From positions 379,691 to 443,690 of the forward strand of contig CAVUCD010000001.1 in the NCBI GenBank assembly GCA_963739875.1: a DNA stretch of 64,000 bases, read 5' to 3'. Position numbers and translations under genes: made by a program. The notes below the pieces were generated by a model. That model saw only the letters and a list, made by a program, of their open reading frames with translations. It was not told the DNA's origin and did no database searches. The first letter of the stretch is position 1, and each line of letters starts with the position of its first letter. Positions 12,546-21,912 of the stretch are shown one piece after another. Source of the stretch: an uncultured Solirubrobacterales bacterium. Its GTDB lineage: Bacteria > Actinomycetota > Thermoleophilia > Solirubrobacterales > 70-9.

Positions 12546-12555
12546 CGATATATCG
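12546..12555. promoter_or_regulatory. Candidate PadR operator (perfect 10-bp palindrome)
   Basis: CGATATATCG in an A/T-rich patch about 29 nt upstream of the PadR start. Confidence 0.3.
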
Positions 12556-12583
12556 CGTTAGATAAAGATAGAAAGGTATTTAC

Positions 12584-13126
12584 ATGCACCACAGACACGA
12601 ATCACGACATGCGGGACCCGGTCGCCGGCAGGAGTTCGCCCGCAGCCGCGGCCCCCGCTACGGACGTGGACGCGGCGGCCCCCGGGCGCGCCGAGGCGAC
12701 ATCAGGGCAGCCGTGCTGGCCCTCCTCGCCGAGCGGCCGATGCACGGCTACGAGATGATCAAGGAGATCGAGGAGCGCACCCAGGGCGCCTGGACGCCAA
12801 GCGCCGGATCGATCTACCCGACGCTGCAGATGCTCGAGGAGGCGGACCTGATCCGCGGCGAGGAGAGCGACGGCAAGCGCCGCTTCACCCTGACCGAGGC
12901 CGGCGTCGCCGAGCAGCAGGAGAAAGCCGGAGAGGAGGCCCCCTGGGACGCGGTGCGTTCCGGCGCCGCCCCGGAGCTGATCCACCTGCGGGACTCCGTC
13001 CACAAGCTCCACCACTCGATCGGCCAGGTGCTCCACGCGGCCGACGAGGGCCAGCAGAAGCGAGTCCGCGAGCTGCTGGACGAAACCCGGCGCAAGATCT
13101 ACGCGATCCTCGCCGAGGAGGGTTAG
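12584..13126 (+). CDS. PadR family transcriptional regulator
   Basis: Winged-helix core MHGYEMIKEIEERTQGAWTPSAGSIYPTLQMLEEADLI with a basic N-terminal tail. Confidence 0.85.
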   Translation: MHHRHESRHAGPGRRQEFARSRGPRYGRGRGGPRARRGDIRAAVLALLAERPMHGYEMIKEIEERTQGAWTPSAGSIYPTLQMLEEADLIRGEESDGKRRFTLTEAGVAEQQEKAGEEAPWDAVRSGAAPELIHLRDSVHKLHHSIGQVLHAADEGQQKRVRELLDETRRKIYAILAEEG

Positions 13127-13921
13127 CCCCCCAGCCACTCCCGGATCCGCGATGCGCCGGCCAGGGTCGAGAGATCGCCCTGGTCGCGCATCGCTTCGGC
13201 GCTCGCCGCCATCGCCTCGATCGCCGTCCAGGCGAGGCTGCCGCCGACGCTGACCCGCTGCGCCCCCGCCGCGACGATCTCCGCCATCGTCAGCCCCGGG
13301 CGCGCGAGCACGTTGACGGGCCGGGAAACCGCTTCGCAGACGGCGCCGAATCTCCGCGGCGTCGCGCAGTCCCGGCGCGTAGAGGACGTCGGCGCCGGCC
13401 TGCTCATAGGCCCGCAGGCGGGCGATCGTGTCGTCGAGGTCGGGGTTGCCGCGAATCTGGTTCTCGGCCCGGGCGGTAAAGAGGAACGGAAAGTCCAGCC
13501 GCGCCGACGCCTCCGCCGCGGCGGCGACCCGCTCGGTCGCCTCGGCGATCTCGTAGAGGCCGCGATCGGGATCGAAGTCCTCGATCGAGCCGCCCACCGC
13601 GCCGGCCGCGGCAGCCCGTTCGATCGCCGCCGCCGCGTCCGCCGGCGACGGCCCGTGGCCGTTCTCGAGATCGACCGAGATCGGCAGGTCGGTCGCCTCG
13701 GCGAGCGCCCGGGTGTGCTCGATCACCTCCTCCAGCGTCGCCTCACCATCGGGCCTGCCGAGCGTGAAGGCGAAGCCGCTGCTGGTGGTCGCCAGCGCCT
13801 CGAAGCCGAGCGCCGCCAGCACCTTGGCGCTGCCGGCGTCCCACGGGTTCGGGATCACGAACGGCTCGCCCTCGTGAAGGGCGCGAAAGCGCTCCGCCTT
13901 CTCCCTCTGGGTGACGCTCAC
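13123..13921 (-). CDS. Isocitrate lyase/PEP mutase family enzyme (methylisocitrate lyase-like), apparent frameshift
   Basis: From GTG 13921: PNPWDAGSAKVLAALGFEALATTS..SVDLENG..GGSIED. The last ~60 codons lie in the ORF 13123..13407 frame, with the break near 13350. Confidence 0.75.
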
Positions 13922-14008
13922 CGGCTCAAACTACCCCAGCAGGCGCGCCTCGCGGCCCCGACCGCACGAGGCGGAAGGGCCGCGAGAAGTCCGTTCCCCC
14001 GAACGGAC

Positions 14009-14084
14009 CCACACCTATAGAGAAACGCATCTCTCCTCCCTGTGGTGATTCCCCAGAAGCGAGACCAAGGCCGCCGCTTCATTC
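14009..14084. repeat. Intergenic element copy C
   Basis: CCACACCTATAGAGAAACGCATCTCTCCTCCCTGTGGTGATTCCCCAGAAGCG, then hairpin GAAGCG..CGCTTC. It aligns almost base for base with copy A. Confidence 0.7.
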
Positions 14085-14149
14085 CCCTTCACCGGAGAGA
14101 CTGGCGCAGGCTATTCGATTGCGACGATTGAATCAATCGTCAAAATTAA

Positions 14150-16182
14150 TTAGCCGAGAATCGGCTGGGCGGAGGGGGTCGTGGCGAGCACCCGGTCCGC
14201 CACCGACTGGCCGGTCAGGCCCGCCTCGGCCCGCAGCAGCGCCGGCTTGCCGTGGGTGACGTAGCGATCCGGGAGGCCGACCCGCAGCACCCGGGCGCGC
14301 TCGCCGGGCCCCTCGGCGAAGGCGTCCTCGAGATGCTCGAGAACCGCCGAGCCGAAGCCGCCGGGCAGGACGTTCTCCTCGATCGTCACCAGCAGCTCGT
14401 GCTCGGCGGGCGAGGTCGACGGCGAGCTCGCCGTCGATCGGCTTGGCGAAGCGGGCGTCGGCGACGGTGACCTCGAGGCCGTGGCCGGCGAGGATCGCCG
14501 CCGCCTCGCGCGCGACCGTGACCCCGTAGCCGTAGCCGAGCAGCGCCACCCGCTCGCCCTCGGCGAGGATCTCGCCCTTGCCGATCGGGATCAGCTCGGG
14601 CTCGGCGGGCAGCTCGACCCCCTCCCCCGCGCCGCGCGGGTAGCGCAGCGCCGCCGGCCCCTCGTGGGCGATCGCGGTGTGGAGCATGTGGACCAGCATC
14701 GCCTCGTCGCGCGGCGCCATCACGACCACGTTGGGGATCGGGCGGAAGTAGGAGACGTCGAAGACGCCGTGGTGGGTCGGGCCGTCGTCGCCGACCAGGC
14801 CGGCGCGATCCATCGCGAAGGTGACGTCGAGCTCCTGCAGGCAGACGTCGTGGATGATCTGGTCGTAGGCGCGCTGGAGGAAGGTCGAGTAGATCGCGCA
14901 GACCGGCTTGGCGCCCTGCAGGGCGAGGCCGGAGGCGAGCAGGACGGCGTTCTGCTCGGCGATGCCGACGTCGTAGTACTGGCCGGGCGCCTCGTCGGCG
15001 AGCTTCTGCAGGCCGGTCCCCCCCGCCATCGCCGCGGTGATCCCGATCACCCGCTCGTCGCGCTCGGCCTCGGCGACCATCGCCTCGGCGAAGACCTGCG
15101 TGTACTGCGGCGGCGCCCCGGCCGCCGGCGGCTTCTCGAGCCGCTCGATCCCCTCCGGGGAGTCGGTTTCGGTCACCGGCACCGGCTTCGCCGCGGGTTC
15201 GCCGTTGACGATCGAGTGCGGCTTGGCGGCGTGCCACTCCTCCATCGACTCCAGGCCGCCGGCTTCGGCCGGGGCGAAGCCCTTGCCCTTGACGGTGTGG
15301 ATGTGGACGACGACGGGGCGTTCGGCCTCGAAGGCCTCGGTCAGCGCCCGCCGCAGCGCGTGCACGTCGTGGCCGTCGATCACGCCCATGTAGGCGAGGT
15401 CGAGCTCCTCGAAGAAGAGGCCCGGCGCCCAGTAGGCCTTGATCGCCGACTTGATCTCCGGCCCCAGCCGCTCGATCCGCCGGCCGAGGCCGAGCGGCAG
15501 CCTGGTCAGCCGGTCCTCGACCCCCTCGCGGGCGTGGTAGAGGCGCGGGTTGAGGCGGATCCGGTTGAAGTAGCGCGAGAGGGCGCCGACGTTGGGCGAG
15601 ATCGACATCCCGTTGTCGTTGAGGACGATCACCATCGGCGTCTGCAGGCCGCCGGCGGCGAGCATCGCCTCGTAGGCGACGCCGCCGGTGAGGGCGCCGT
15701 CGCCGATCACGGCCGCCACCCTGCCGTCCTCGCCGATGCCCTTGCGCATCGCCTCCTTCAGCCCGACGGCGTAGCCGATCGAGGTCGAGGCGTGGCCGGC
15801 GCCCATGATGTCGTGCTCGGACTCGCCGATCGAGCAGAACGGGGCCAGGCCCTCGTACTGGCGGATCGTCGGCAGCTGGTCGCGGCGGCCGGTGAGGATC
15901 TTGTGCGGGTAGGACTGGTGGCCGACGTCCCAGAGGATCTTGTCGCGGGGCGAGTCGAGCAGGCTGTGCAGGGCGACGGCGAGCTCGCAGGTGCCGAGGT
16001 TGGCGCCGAAATGGCCGCCGATCTCGCCGATCGTGTCGATGATGTAGGTGCGCATCTCCTGCGCGACCTGCTGCAGCTGCTCGTCGTCGAGCTCGTGCAG
16101 GTCGGCCGGGCCGTCGATCCCGGCGAGCAGCGGCTCGTCGGGGTCGGGGTCGAGAACCGTTGGTGGGTGGCTTCTCGGTCAT
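14150..16182 (-). CDS. dxs: 1-deoxy-D-xylulose-5-phosphate synthase, apparent frameshifts
   Basis: [42 protein letters not shown] 16182 overlaps the upstream stop (ATGA) but is in a different frame from the body (break near 16150). The last 79 codons are ORF 14150..14389 (break near 14410). Confidence 0.9.
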
Positions 16183-17042
16183 TCGTTCCTCGTGAAGACG
16201 TAGTCGGCGACGCGCCTCAGGTCGTCGGTCCTTCCGCTCGCCTCGGCCAGCGCCGCCGTCGCCTTGGCGTGGGACTCGGCGGCGAGCTCGCGGGCCCGGT
16301 CGAGGCCGAAGAGGCTGACGTAGGTGAGTTTGCCATGTCGCTCGTCGCTTCCATGTGGCTTGCCGAGCTGCTCGTCGCTCTCGGTCACGTCGAGGATGTC
16401 GTCGACGATCTGGAAGAGGACACCGAGCTCGTCCGCAAAACGGCGATAGGGGATTGTCTCAGGTTCGTCGAGCCCCACGAGGATCAGCACGACGCCGACG
16501 CTGGCGGCGATCAGGCGGCCGGTCTTCAGCGCGTGCAGGGCGCGCAGCCCGGCGGCGTCGTCCTCGGTGCCGATCACGTCGACGTACTGGCCGCCGACCA
16601 TGCCGTCGACGCCGGTCGCGCCCGCCAGCTCGCCCAGCGCGGCCAGCACCCGCGCCGGATCGCCCGGCTGGGTGCAGAACAGCCGCACCGCCTCGGCGAA
16701 GAGCCCGTCGCCGGCGAGGATCGCGACGTCCTCGCCGAATTTGACGTGGGAGGTCGGCAGGCCGCGCCGCAGCACGTCGTCGTCCATCGCCGGCAGGTCG
16801 TCGTGGATCAGCGAGTAGGTGTGGATCAGCTCGATCGAGCAGGCGACCGGGAGGAAGCGCTCGGGCTCGGCGCCGAGGGCACGGGCGGTCGCCAGGGTGA
16901 GGACCGGCCGCACCCGCTTGCCGCCGGCGAGCAGCGAGTAGCGCATCGCCTGCTCGAGCCCGGCGGTCGGCGCGGCGGTGGCGAAGCTGAGCTGAGCGAG
17001 CGCCTCGTCGACCAGCCCTCGCAGGTCATCGGGGTAGCTCAC
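16179..17042 (-). CDS. Polyprenyl (farnesyl/geranylgeranyl) diphosphate synthase
   Basis: Intact 287 aa with both Asp-rich motifs, LIHDDLPAMDDD and FQIVDDILD. It occupies the ispA position upstream of dxs. Confidence 0.85.
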   Translation of the reverse strand: MSYPDDLRGLVDEALAQLSFATAAPTAGLEQAMRYSLLAGGKRVRPVLTLATARALGAEPERFLPVACSIELIHTYSLIHDDLPAMDDDVLRRGLPTSHVKFGEDVAILAGDGLFAEAVRLFCTQPGDPARVLAALGELAGATGVDGMVGGQYVDVIGTEDDAAGLRALHALKTGRLIAASVGVVLILVGLDEPETIPYRRFADELGVLFQIVDDILDVTESDEQLGKPHGSDERHGKLTYVSLFGLDRARELAAESHAKATAALAEASGRTDDLRRVADYVFTRNE

Positions 17043-17103
17043 GGGACGCGCGGTTCCTTTGGGCGGCTATTCGAGACAGAGGAACCACGCGATGGTGGGC
17101 CCG

Positions 17104-17286
17104 TCACTCGGCGCTCGCCTCGGCCGCTTCCCGCGCCTGGCGGTTGGCCTCCTCGACCGCCTCGGCCGAGAGCTCCGCCGCCTCGGCGGCGAGCTCGGCG
17201 GCGCGCGCATCGCCGGCCTCGTCGCCCTCGAGCTCGGTCGAGATCTCGCGCAGGCGGGCGGCGATCTCGCGCAGACGACCGCTCAC
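17104..17286 (-). CDS. Small acidic Ala/Glu-rich protein (possible XseB-like)
   Basis: 60 aa. The GTG start overlaps the nusB stop (GTGA). Only a weak resemblance to XseB (LREISTELEGDE). It lies where xseB sits in Firmicute operons. Confidence 0.3.
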   Translation of the reverse strand: MSGRLREIAARLREISTELEGDEAGDARAAELAAEAAELSAEAVEEANRQAREAAEASAE

Positions 17287-17660
17287 TTGGCGGGCTCCCG
17301 CTCGCGGACGATCGCGCCGAGGATCCCGTTGATGAACTTCGGCGCGTCGGCGCCGCAGTACTCCTTGGCGATCTCGACCGCCTCGTCGATCGCGACCTCG
17401 ACCGGGGCCAGGTCGTGCTCGATCTCGAACAGGGCGACCCGCATCACGTTGAGGTCCAGCGGCGCGATCCGGTCGACGGTCCAGCCCTTCGCGTAGGCGG
17501 CGATCGTCTCGTCGAGCTCTTCGCGCTCGACGTCGACGCCCTCGGCGAGCTCGCGGGTCAGCGGCCGGGCGTCGGCGATCAGGTCCTCCAGCGGCCGCCC
17601 GGTGACGTCCCGCTGGTAGCTGGCGAAGACGGCATCGCGGCGTTGGTCGGACCTGCGCAT
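17283..17660 (-). CDS. nusB: Transcription antitermination factor NusB
   Basis: 125 aa from ATG 17660: MRRSDQRRDAVFASYQ..DRIAPLDLNVMRVALFEI..AVEIAKEYCGADAPKFINGILG. Confidence 0.85.
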   Translation of the reverse strand: MRRSDQRRDAVFASYQRDVTGRPLEDLIADARPLTRELAEGVDVEREELDETIAAYAKGWTVDRIAPLDLNVMRVALFEIEHDLAPVEVAIDEAVEIAKEYCGADAPKFINGILGAIVREREPAK

Positions 17661-17707
17661 CGGTTCATTCTCGCGCTTTCGGCGACGGAGCCACCGGCGC
17701 CGCGCCC

Positions 17708-18202
17708 TCAGCGCAGAATCTCGACCAGCAGCACCCAGGCGTTGGCGACGGCGCCGACGATCGCGAGGACGATCCCGGCGACGATCCAGTAGAGGCCGCC
17801 GCCGGATTCGGCGAGGACGCTGGCGCCGCCGACGACGAGCGGCACGGTCCCGATCAGGCGCACGGTCCAGCGGCTGATCAGCCAGGAACGGGGGTCGCCG
17901 GCGCTGGTCGAGATCATCGTCGGCTGGCGGACGATCACGGCGGCGACGACGAGGCTGACGAGGAGCAGCTCGGTGCCGAGCGCGACGTGGCCCTGGCCGG
18001 GGATCAGCCCGACGATCGAGACGAGCAGCGCCCCGAGCAGCAGCAGGACCGTCTCCAGCGCCCGTTCCGGCAGTCCCGGGAACTTGAGGATGCGCTCGAT
18101 GTTGATCGAGACGGCGACGAAGACGAGGCCGGCGAGGGCGGCGGAGGCTCCCGCCGTGGCGACGAAGAGGTCGTGCCACTCGCTCGGGTCGTAGGCGGTC
18201 AC
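17708..18202 (-). CDS. Integral membrane protein, unknown function
   Basis: Intact 164-aa ORF with about five hydrophobic helices. No family recognised. Confidence 0.5.
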   Translation of the reverse strand: MTAYDPSEWHDLFVATAGASAALAGLVFVAVSINIERILKFPGLPERALETVLLLLGALLVSIVGLIPGQGHVALGTELLLVSLVVAAVIVRQPTMISTSAGDPRSWLISRWTVRLIGTVPLVVGGASVLAESGGGLYWIVAGIVLAIVGAVANAWVLLVEILR

Positions 18203-18231
18203 GCGAGGACCATCCTAGGGGGCGGGGCGGA

Positions 18232-18795
18232 TCAGGCGCGGGAGAGGTACTCGCCGCTGCGGGTGTCGACCCGGATCGTCTCGCCCTCCTCGATGAAGAG
18301 CGGGACCTGGACCGTCACCCCCGACTCGAGCGTCGCCGGCTTGTAGGCGTTGCCGGAGACGGTGTCGCCCTTCAGCCCCGGGTCGGCGCGCTCGACCTTC
18401 ATCTCGATCGCGCTCGGGACCTGGATGCCGCTGGGTTTCTCGTCGACGAAGAGAACCTCGACCTCGGAGTTGGGGAGGATCCATTTCATCTCGTCGCCGA
18501 GGACGCCGGTCGGGATCTCGATCTGCTCGTAGTCGCGACTGTCCATGAAGACCGCCGACTCGCCGGAGTCGTAGAGGTATTGCATCTTCTTCGATTCGGT
18601 CCGGACCAGGCGGAACTTCTCGCCGGCGCGGAAGGTTTTGTCGATCACCGAGCCGTCCTCGATCCGCCGCAGCTTGGTCCGCACGAAGGCGCCGCCCTTG
18701 CCCGGCTTGACGTGCTGGAACTCGATGATCTTCCAGATCTTGCCGTCGATCTCGATGTGGGCGCCGTTTTTGAACTGGTTGGTCGAAACCTGCAT
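18232..18795 (-). CDS. efp: Elongation factor P
   Basis: Intact 187 aa: FKNGAHIEIDGKIWKIIEFQHVKPGKGGAFVRTKLR.. Confidence 0.95.
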   Translation of the reverse strand: MQVSTNQFKNGAHIEIDGKIWKIIEFQHVKPGKGGAFVRTKLRRIEDGSVIDKTFRAGEKFRLVRTESKKMQYLYDSGESAVFMDSRDYEQIEIPTGVLGDEMKWILPNSEVEVLFVDEKPSGIQVPSAIEMKVERADPGLKGDTVSGNAYKPATLESGVTVQVPLFIEEGETIRVDTRSGEYLSRA

Positions 18796-18842
18796 GCGGC
18801 GGAGCGTATCGGTCCCGGTCGCCGGCGGACGCTCAGCGGTAG

Positions 18843-19763
18843 GTGGGCAGATCTCACGTTCCCAGGCGGGCGGACGTTGTACGGGGTATGGATCGCGAGG
18901 ATCTCTCGTTTCGCTCCGGCGCGGACCCCTGCGCCGCCTGGCTCTACCCCGCCGCGGGCGACTCCCAGAAGGCGCCGGCCGTGGTCATGGCGCACGGGCT
19001 GTCGGGCACGCGCCGCGACGCGCTGGGCCCGTTCGCCGAGCGCTTCGCCGCCGCCGGCGTCACCGCCCTGGTCTTCGACCACCGCGGCTTCGGCGACAGC
19101 GGCGGCGAGCCGGACCTGTTCGAGCCGGGCCGCCAGCTCGAGGACTGGCGGGCGGCGATCGCCGCCGCCCGCGCCCTGCCGGGCGTCGACGGCGACCGGT
19201 TGGCGACGTTCGGGTCCTCGATGGGTGGCGGCAACGCACTTGCCGCCGCGGCGGCCGACCGCGGCGTCGCGGCGGCGATCAGCCAGGTTCCGTTCCTCGA
19301 CATGTGGCGGCAGGCCCATCGTTCCTCGCCGGCGGTCGCGGCGCGAATGCTGCTGGCGGCCGCCCGCGGAAGACACCTGCCGGCGATCGGGCAGCCGCAC
19401 GAGGCGGCGTTCATCAATGCCCCGGGAGGCGAAGAGGGATGGCGACACGTGGTCGCGATCGGCGAGGACTCGCGCTGGCGCAACCAAGTCTCGGCACGCT
19501 GGTTGCTCGGTCCTCCCTATCGCCCGATCCGCCACGCCGCCGCGCTGCACTGCCCCTGGCTGGTCTGCGTCGGCGAGGCGGACCGCGTCGCCAAGCCAGG
19601 GCCGGCGATCGCCGCCGCGCGCCGGGCTCCGCTGGGCGAGCTGCGGACCTACCCAGGGGTCGATCACTTCGACGTCTACGACGGCCCGGAGCACGAGGCG
19701 GTGGTCGCCGACGAGATCGACTTCCTCAGGCGGCACCTGCTGAGCGCCGCGCCGAGCCGCTGA
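18843..19763 (+). CDS. Alpha/beta hydrolase
   Basis: Nucleophile elbow GSSMGG and HGLSGTRRD. The start may instead be the internal ATG at about 18888. Confidence 0.7.
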   Translation: MGRSHVPRRADVVRGMDREDLSFRSGADPCAAWLYPAAGDSQKAPAVVMAHGLSGTRRDALGPFAERFAAAGVTALVFDHRGFGDSGGEPDLFEPGRQLEDWRAAIAAARALPGVDGDRLATFGSSMGGGNALAAAAADRGVAAAISQVPFLDMWRQAHRSSPAVAARMLLAAARGRHLPAIGQPHEAAFINAPGGEEGWRHVVAIGEDSRWRNQVSARWLLGPPYRPIRHAAALHCPWLVCVGEADRVAKPGPAIAAARRAPLGELRTYPGVDHFDVYDGPEHEAVVADEIDFLRRHLLSAAPSR

Positions 19764-19775
19764 CCCCGGGGGCCC

Positions 19776-20595
19776 TCAGTCGCCGGGGTTGGAGCTCTGT
19801 TCGGCGGCGGTGCTGGTGGTGAGGTTGGCGGCGGCGCCACCGGTGAGGACGCGGCGGACCAGCCGCGGGGCGAGGATTCTGGCGACCGCGGCGAGGGCGT
19901 AGGGGCGCGGCACGTAGCGCTCGGCCTTGCCGCCGGGGCCGGCTTCGAAGATCGCCTCGGCGACGGACTCGGGCTTGGAGACGATCCAGCGGGTGATCGC
20001 TTTCTGGCGCAGCTCGGTCGCCGGAAAGCCCTCGGTGGCGACGAAACCGGGCAGGACCACGCCGACGTGGACGCCGTGCGGAAGCTCCTCGGCGTAGAGG
20101 GCGTCGGTCCAGCCGATCAGGGCGAACTTGCTCGCCGAGTAGGCGCCGGTGCGGGCGCGGGAGACGCGCCCGGCGGTGCTGGCGACGTTGACGATCGCGC
20201 TCGGGGCCGCGGCGCGCAGCAGCGGCAGCAGCGCCTCGGTGAGGCGGACGACGGCGTCGAAGTTGAGCTCCATGTGGCGGTGGACGTTGGCGTAGCCGGC
20301 CTCGGCGAAAGAGCCCCGCCAGGACGGCGCCGGCGTTGTTGACGAGCAGGTCGAGGCGGCCGTGCTCGGCCTCGACGTGGGCGCGGATCCGCTGCGGCGC
20401 ATCGGGCTCGGTCAGGTCGGCGGCCAGGTAGGTCGCCCGGCAGGGGAGCGAGGCCGCCACGTCGCGCAGCAGCTCCTCGCGGCGGGCGACGAGGACGAGC
20501 TCGGTGCCGGGCTCACGCGAGAGCCGCATCGCGGTCGCCTCGCCGATCCCGGTCGAGGCGCCGGTGACCAGCGCCACCTTCGGGTGCGTGCTCAT
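19776..20595 (-). CDS. SDR family oxidoreductase, apparent frameshift
   Basis: TGASTGIGEA and NNAG are in ORF 19726..20595. YSASK and the remainder are in ORF 19776..20402. The break is near 20325-20335. Confidence 0.8.
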
Positions 20596-20660
20596 GGCTA
20601 CAAGTTATTCCACGGCGACCCGCCAAACACGCTCAGTGCAACCGTCGGGGACTTGCAAGG

Positions 20661-21866
20661 ATGGGCGCCGTGCCCGCCTCGTCCGAGCCCCACGCATCGC
20701 GCCTCAGCGCGACCCGCCGCGAGGGCGAGCGGGTGACGCCGCTGGAGCTCTTCTTCGACCTCGTCTTCGTCCTCGCGATCACCCAGTGCACGGCGCTGAT
20801 GTCGCACCACCCGACCTGGTCCGGCCTGATCCAGGGGCTGCTGGTCCTCGGCGTGCTCTGGTGGGCCTGGGGCGGCTACGCCTGGCTGACCAGCGTGATC
20901 GATCCCGAGGAGGGCGCGGTGCGGCTGGTGATCTTCGGCGCGATGGCGGTGCTGCTGATCGTCTCGCTCGCCGTTCCAGAGGCGTTCGGCAGCCTGGCGC
21001 TGACCTTCGCCCTCGCCTACGGGGCATTCCGCGTCGCCCACATCGGTCTCTTCATGCTCGCCAGCCCCGACGACGACGCGCTGCGCCACTCGGTCCTCGG
21101 CCTCGCCGCCAGCACCGCCCTCGCCGTCTTCCTGCTGATCGCCGCCTCGCTCTTCGACGGCCTCGCCCAGGGCGCGCTCTGGGCGCTCGCCCTTCTCCTC
21201 GACATGGCGCTTCCCTACTTCTTCGGCACCGAGGGCTGGAAACTGGTCCCCGGCCACTTCGCCGAGCGCCACGGCCTGATCGTGATCATCGCCCTCGGCG
21301 AGTCGATCGTCGCGATCGGCGTCGGCGCCGCCGGCGCGCTCAGCCTCGGCATCGGCACCGTCGCCGTGCTCGGGGTGGCGCTGGCGGCGGCGATGTGGTG
21401 GATCTACTTCGACCTCGTCGCCCTGATCTCGGCCCGCCGCCTGGCCGAAGCCGAGCCCGGTCGGGTCCAGAACGCGCTCGCCCGCGACTCCTACTCCTAC
21501 ATCCACCTGGCGCTGGTCGCCGGGATCGTCCTCAGCGCCTTCGGCCTGAAGGTCTCGATCGCCCATTTCGAAGATCACCTGCACGCGGTCCCGGCCTTCG
21601 CCCTGCTCGGCGGCGTCGCCGTCTACCTGCTCGGGCTGGTCGGCTTCCGCTATCGCCACGTCCACACGATCAACCGCCGGCGGCTGCTGCTGGCGATCGT
21701 GCTGCTGGTCCTGGTCCCGGTCGCGACGGCGGTACCGGCGCTGATCTCATTGGCTGCCGTGGTCGTACTGATCTGGGCGATGATCGGGCTCGAGCTTCGC
21801 GGCTACGACGAGCGGCGCGACCAGTTGCGCCGCGAAACCTCCGTCGCCCACCACGAGGCCGCTTGA
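20661..21866 (+). CDS. Low temperature requirement protein A (LtrA) family membrane protein
   Basis: Intact 401 aa: VTPLELFFDLVFVLAITQ.., polytopic. Confidence 0.75.
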   Translation: MGAVPASSEPHASRLSATRREGERVTPLELFFDLVFVLAITQCTALMSHHPTWSGLIQGLLVLGVLWWAWGGYAWLTSVIDPEEGAVRLVIFGAMAVLLIVSLAVPEAFGSLALTFALAYGAFRVAHIGLFMLASPDDDALRHSVLGLAASTALAVFLLIAASLFDGLAQGALWALALLLDMALPYFFGTEGWKLVPGHFAERHGLIVIIALGESIVAIGVGAAGALSLGIGTVAVLGVALAAAMWWIYFDLVALISARRLAEAEPGRVQNALARDSYSYIHLALVAGIVLSAFGLKVSIAHFEDHLHAVPAFALLGGVAVYLLGLVGFRYRHVHTINRRRLLLAIVLLVLVPVATAVPALISLAAVVVLIWAMIGLELRGYDERRDQLRRETSVAHHEAA

Positions 21867-21912
21867 GACCTAAAAGCGGACGATTGTTCGACTTCGACAT
21901 ACTTCCCAACTC

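Noticed and set aside
14481-17792. 1103-aa + strand ORF, and similar long ORFs: 2927..4225, 4246..5895, 30023..31573, 36492..38465, 59496..61730 and 62461..63981 minus.
   Set aside because: They lie antisense to, or out of frame with, genes carrying clear family motifs. Their translations are Arg/Gly/Asp/Pro-rich low-complexity sequence, typical of stop-poor off-frames in very GC-rich DNA.
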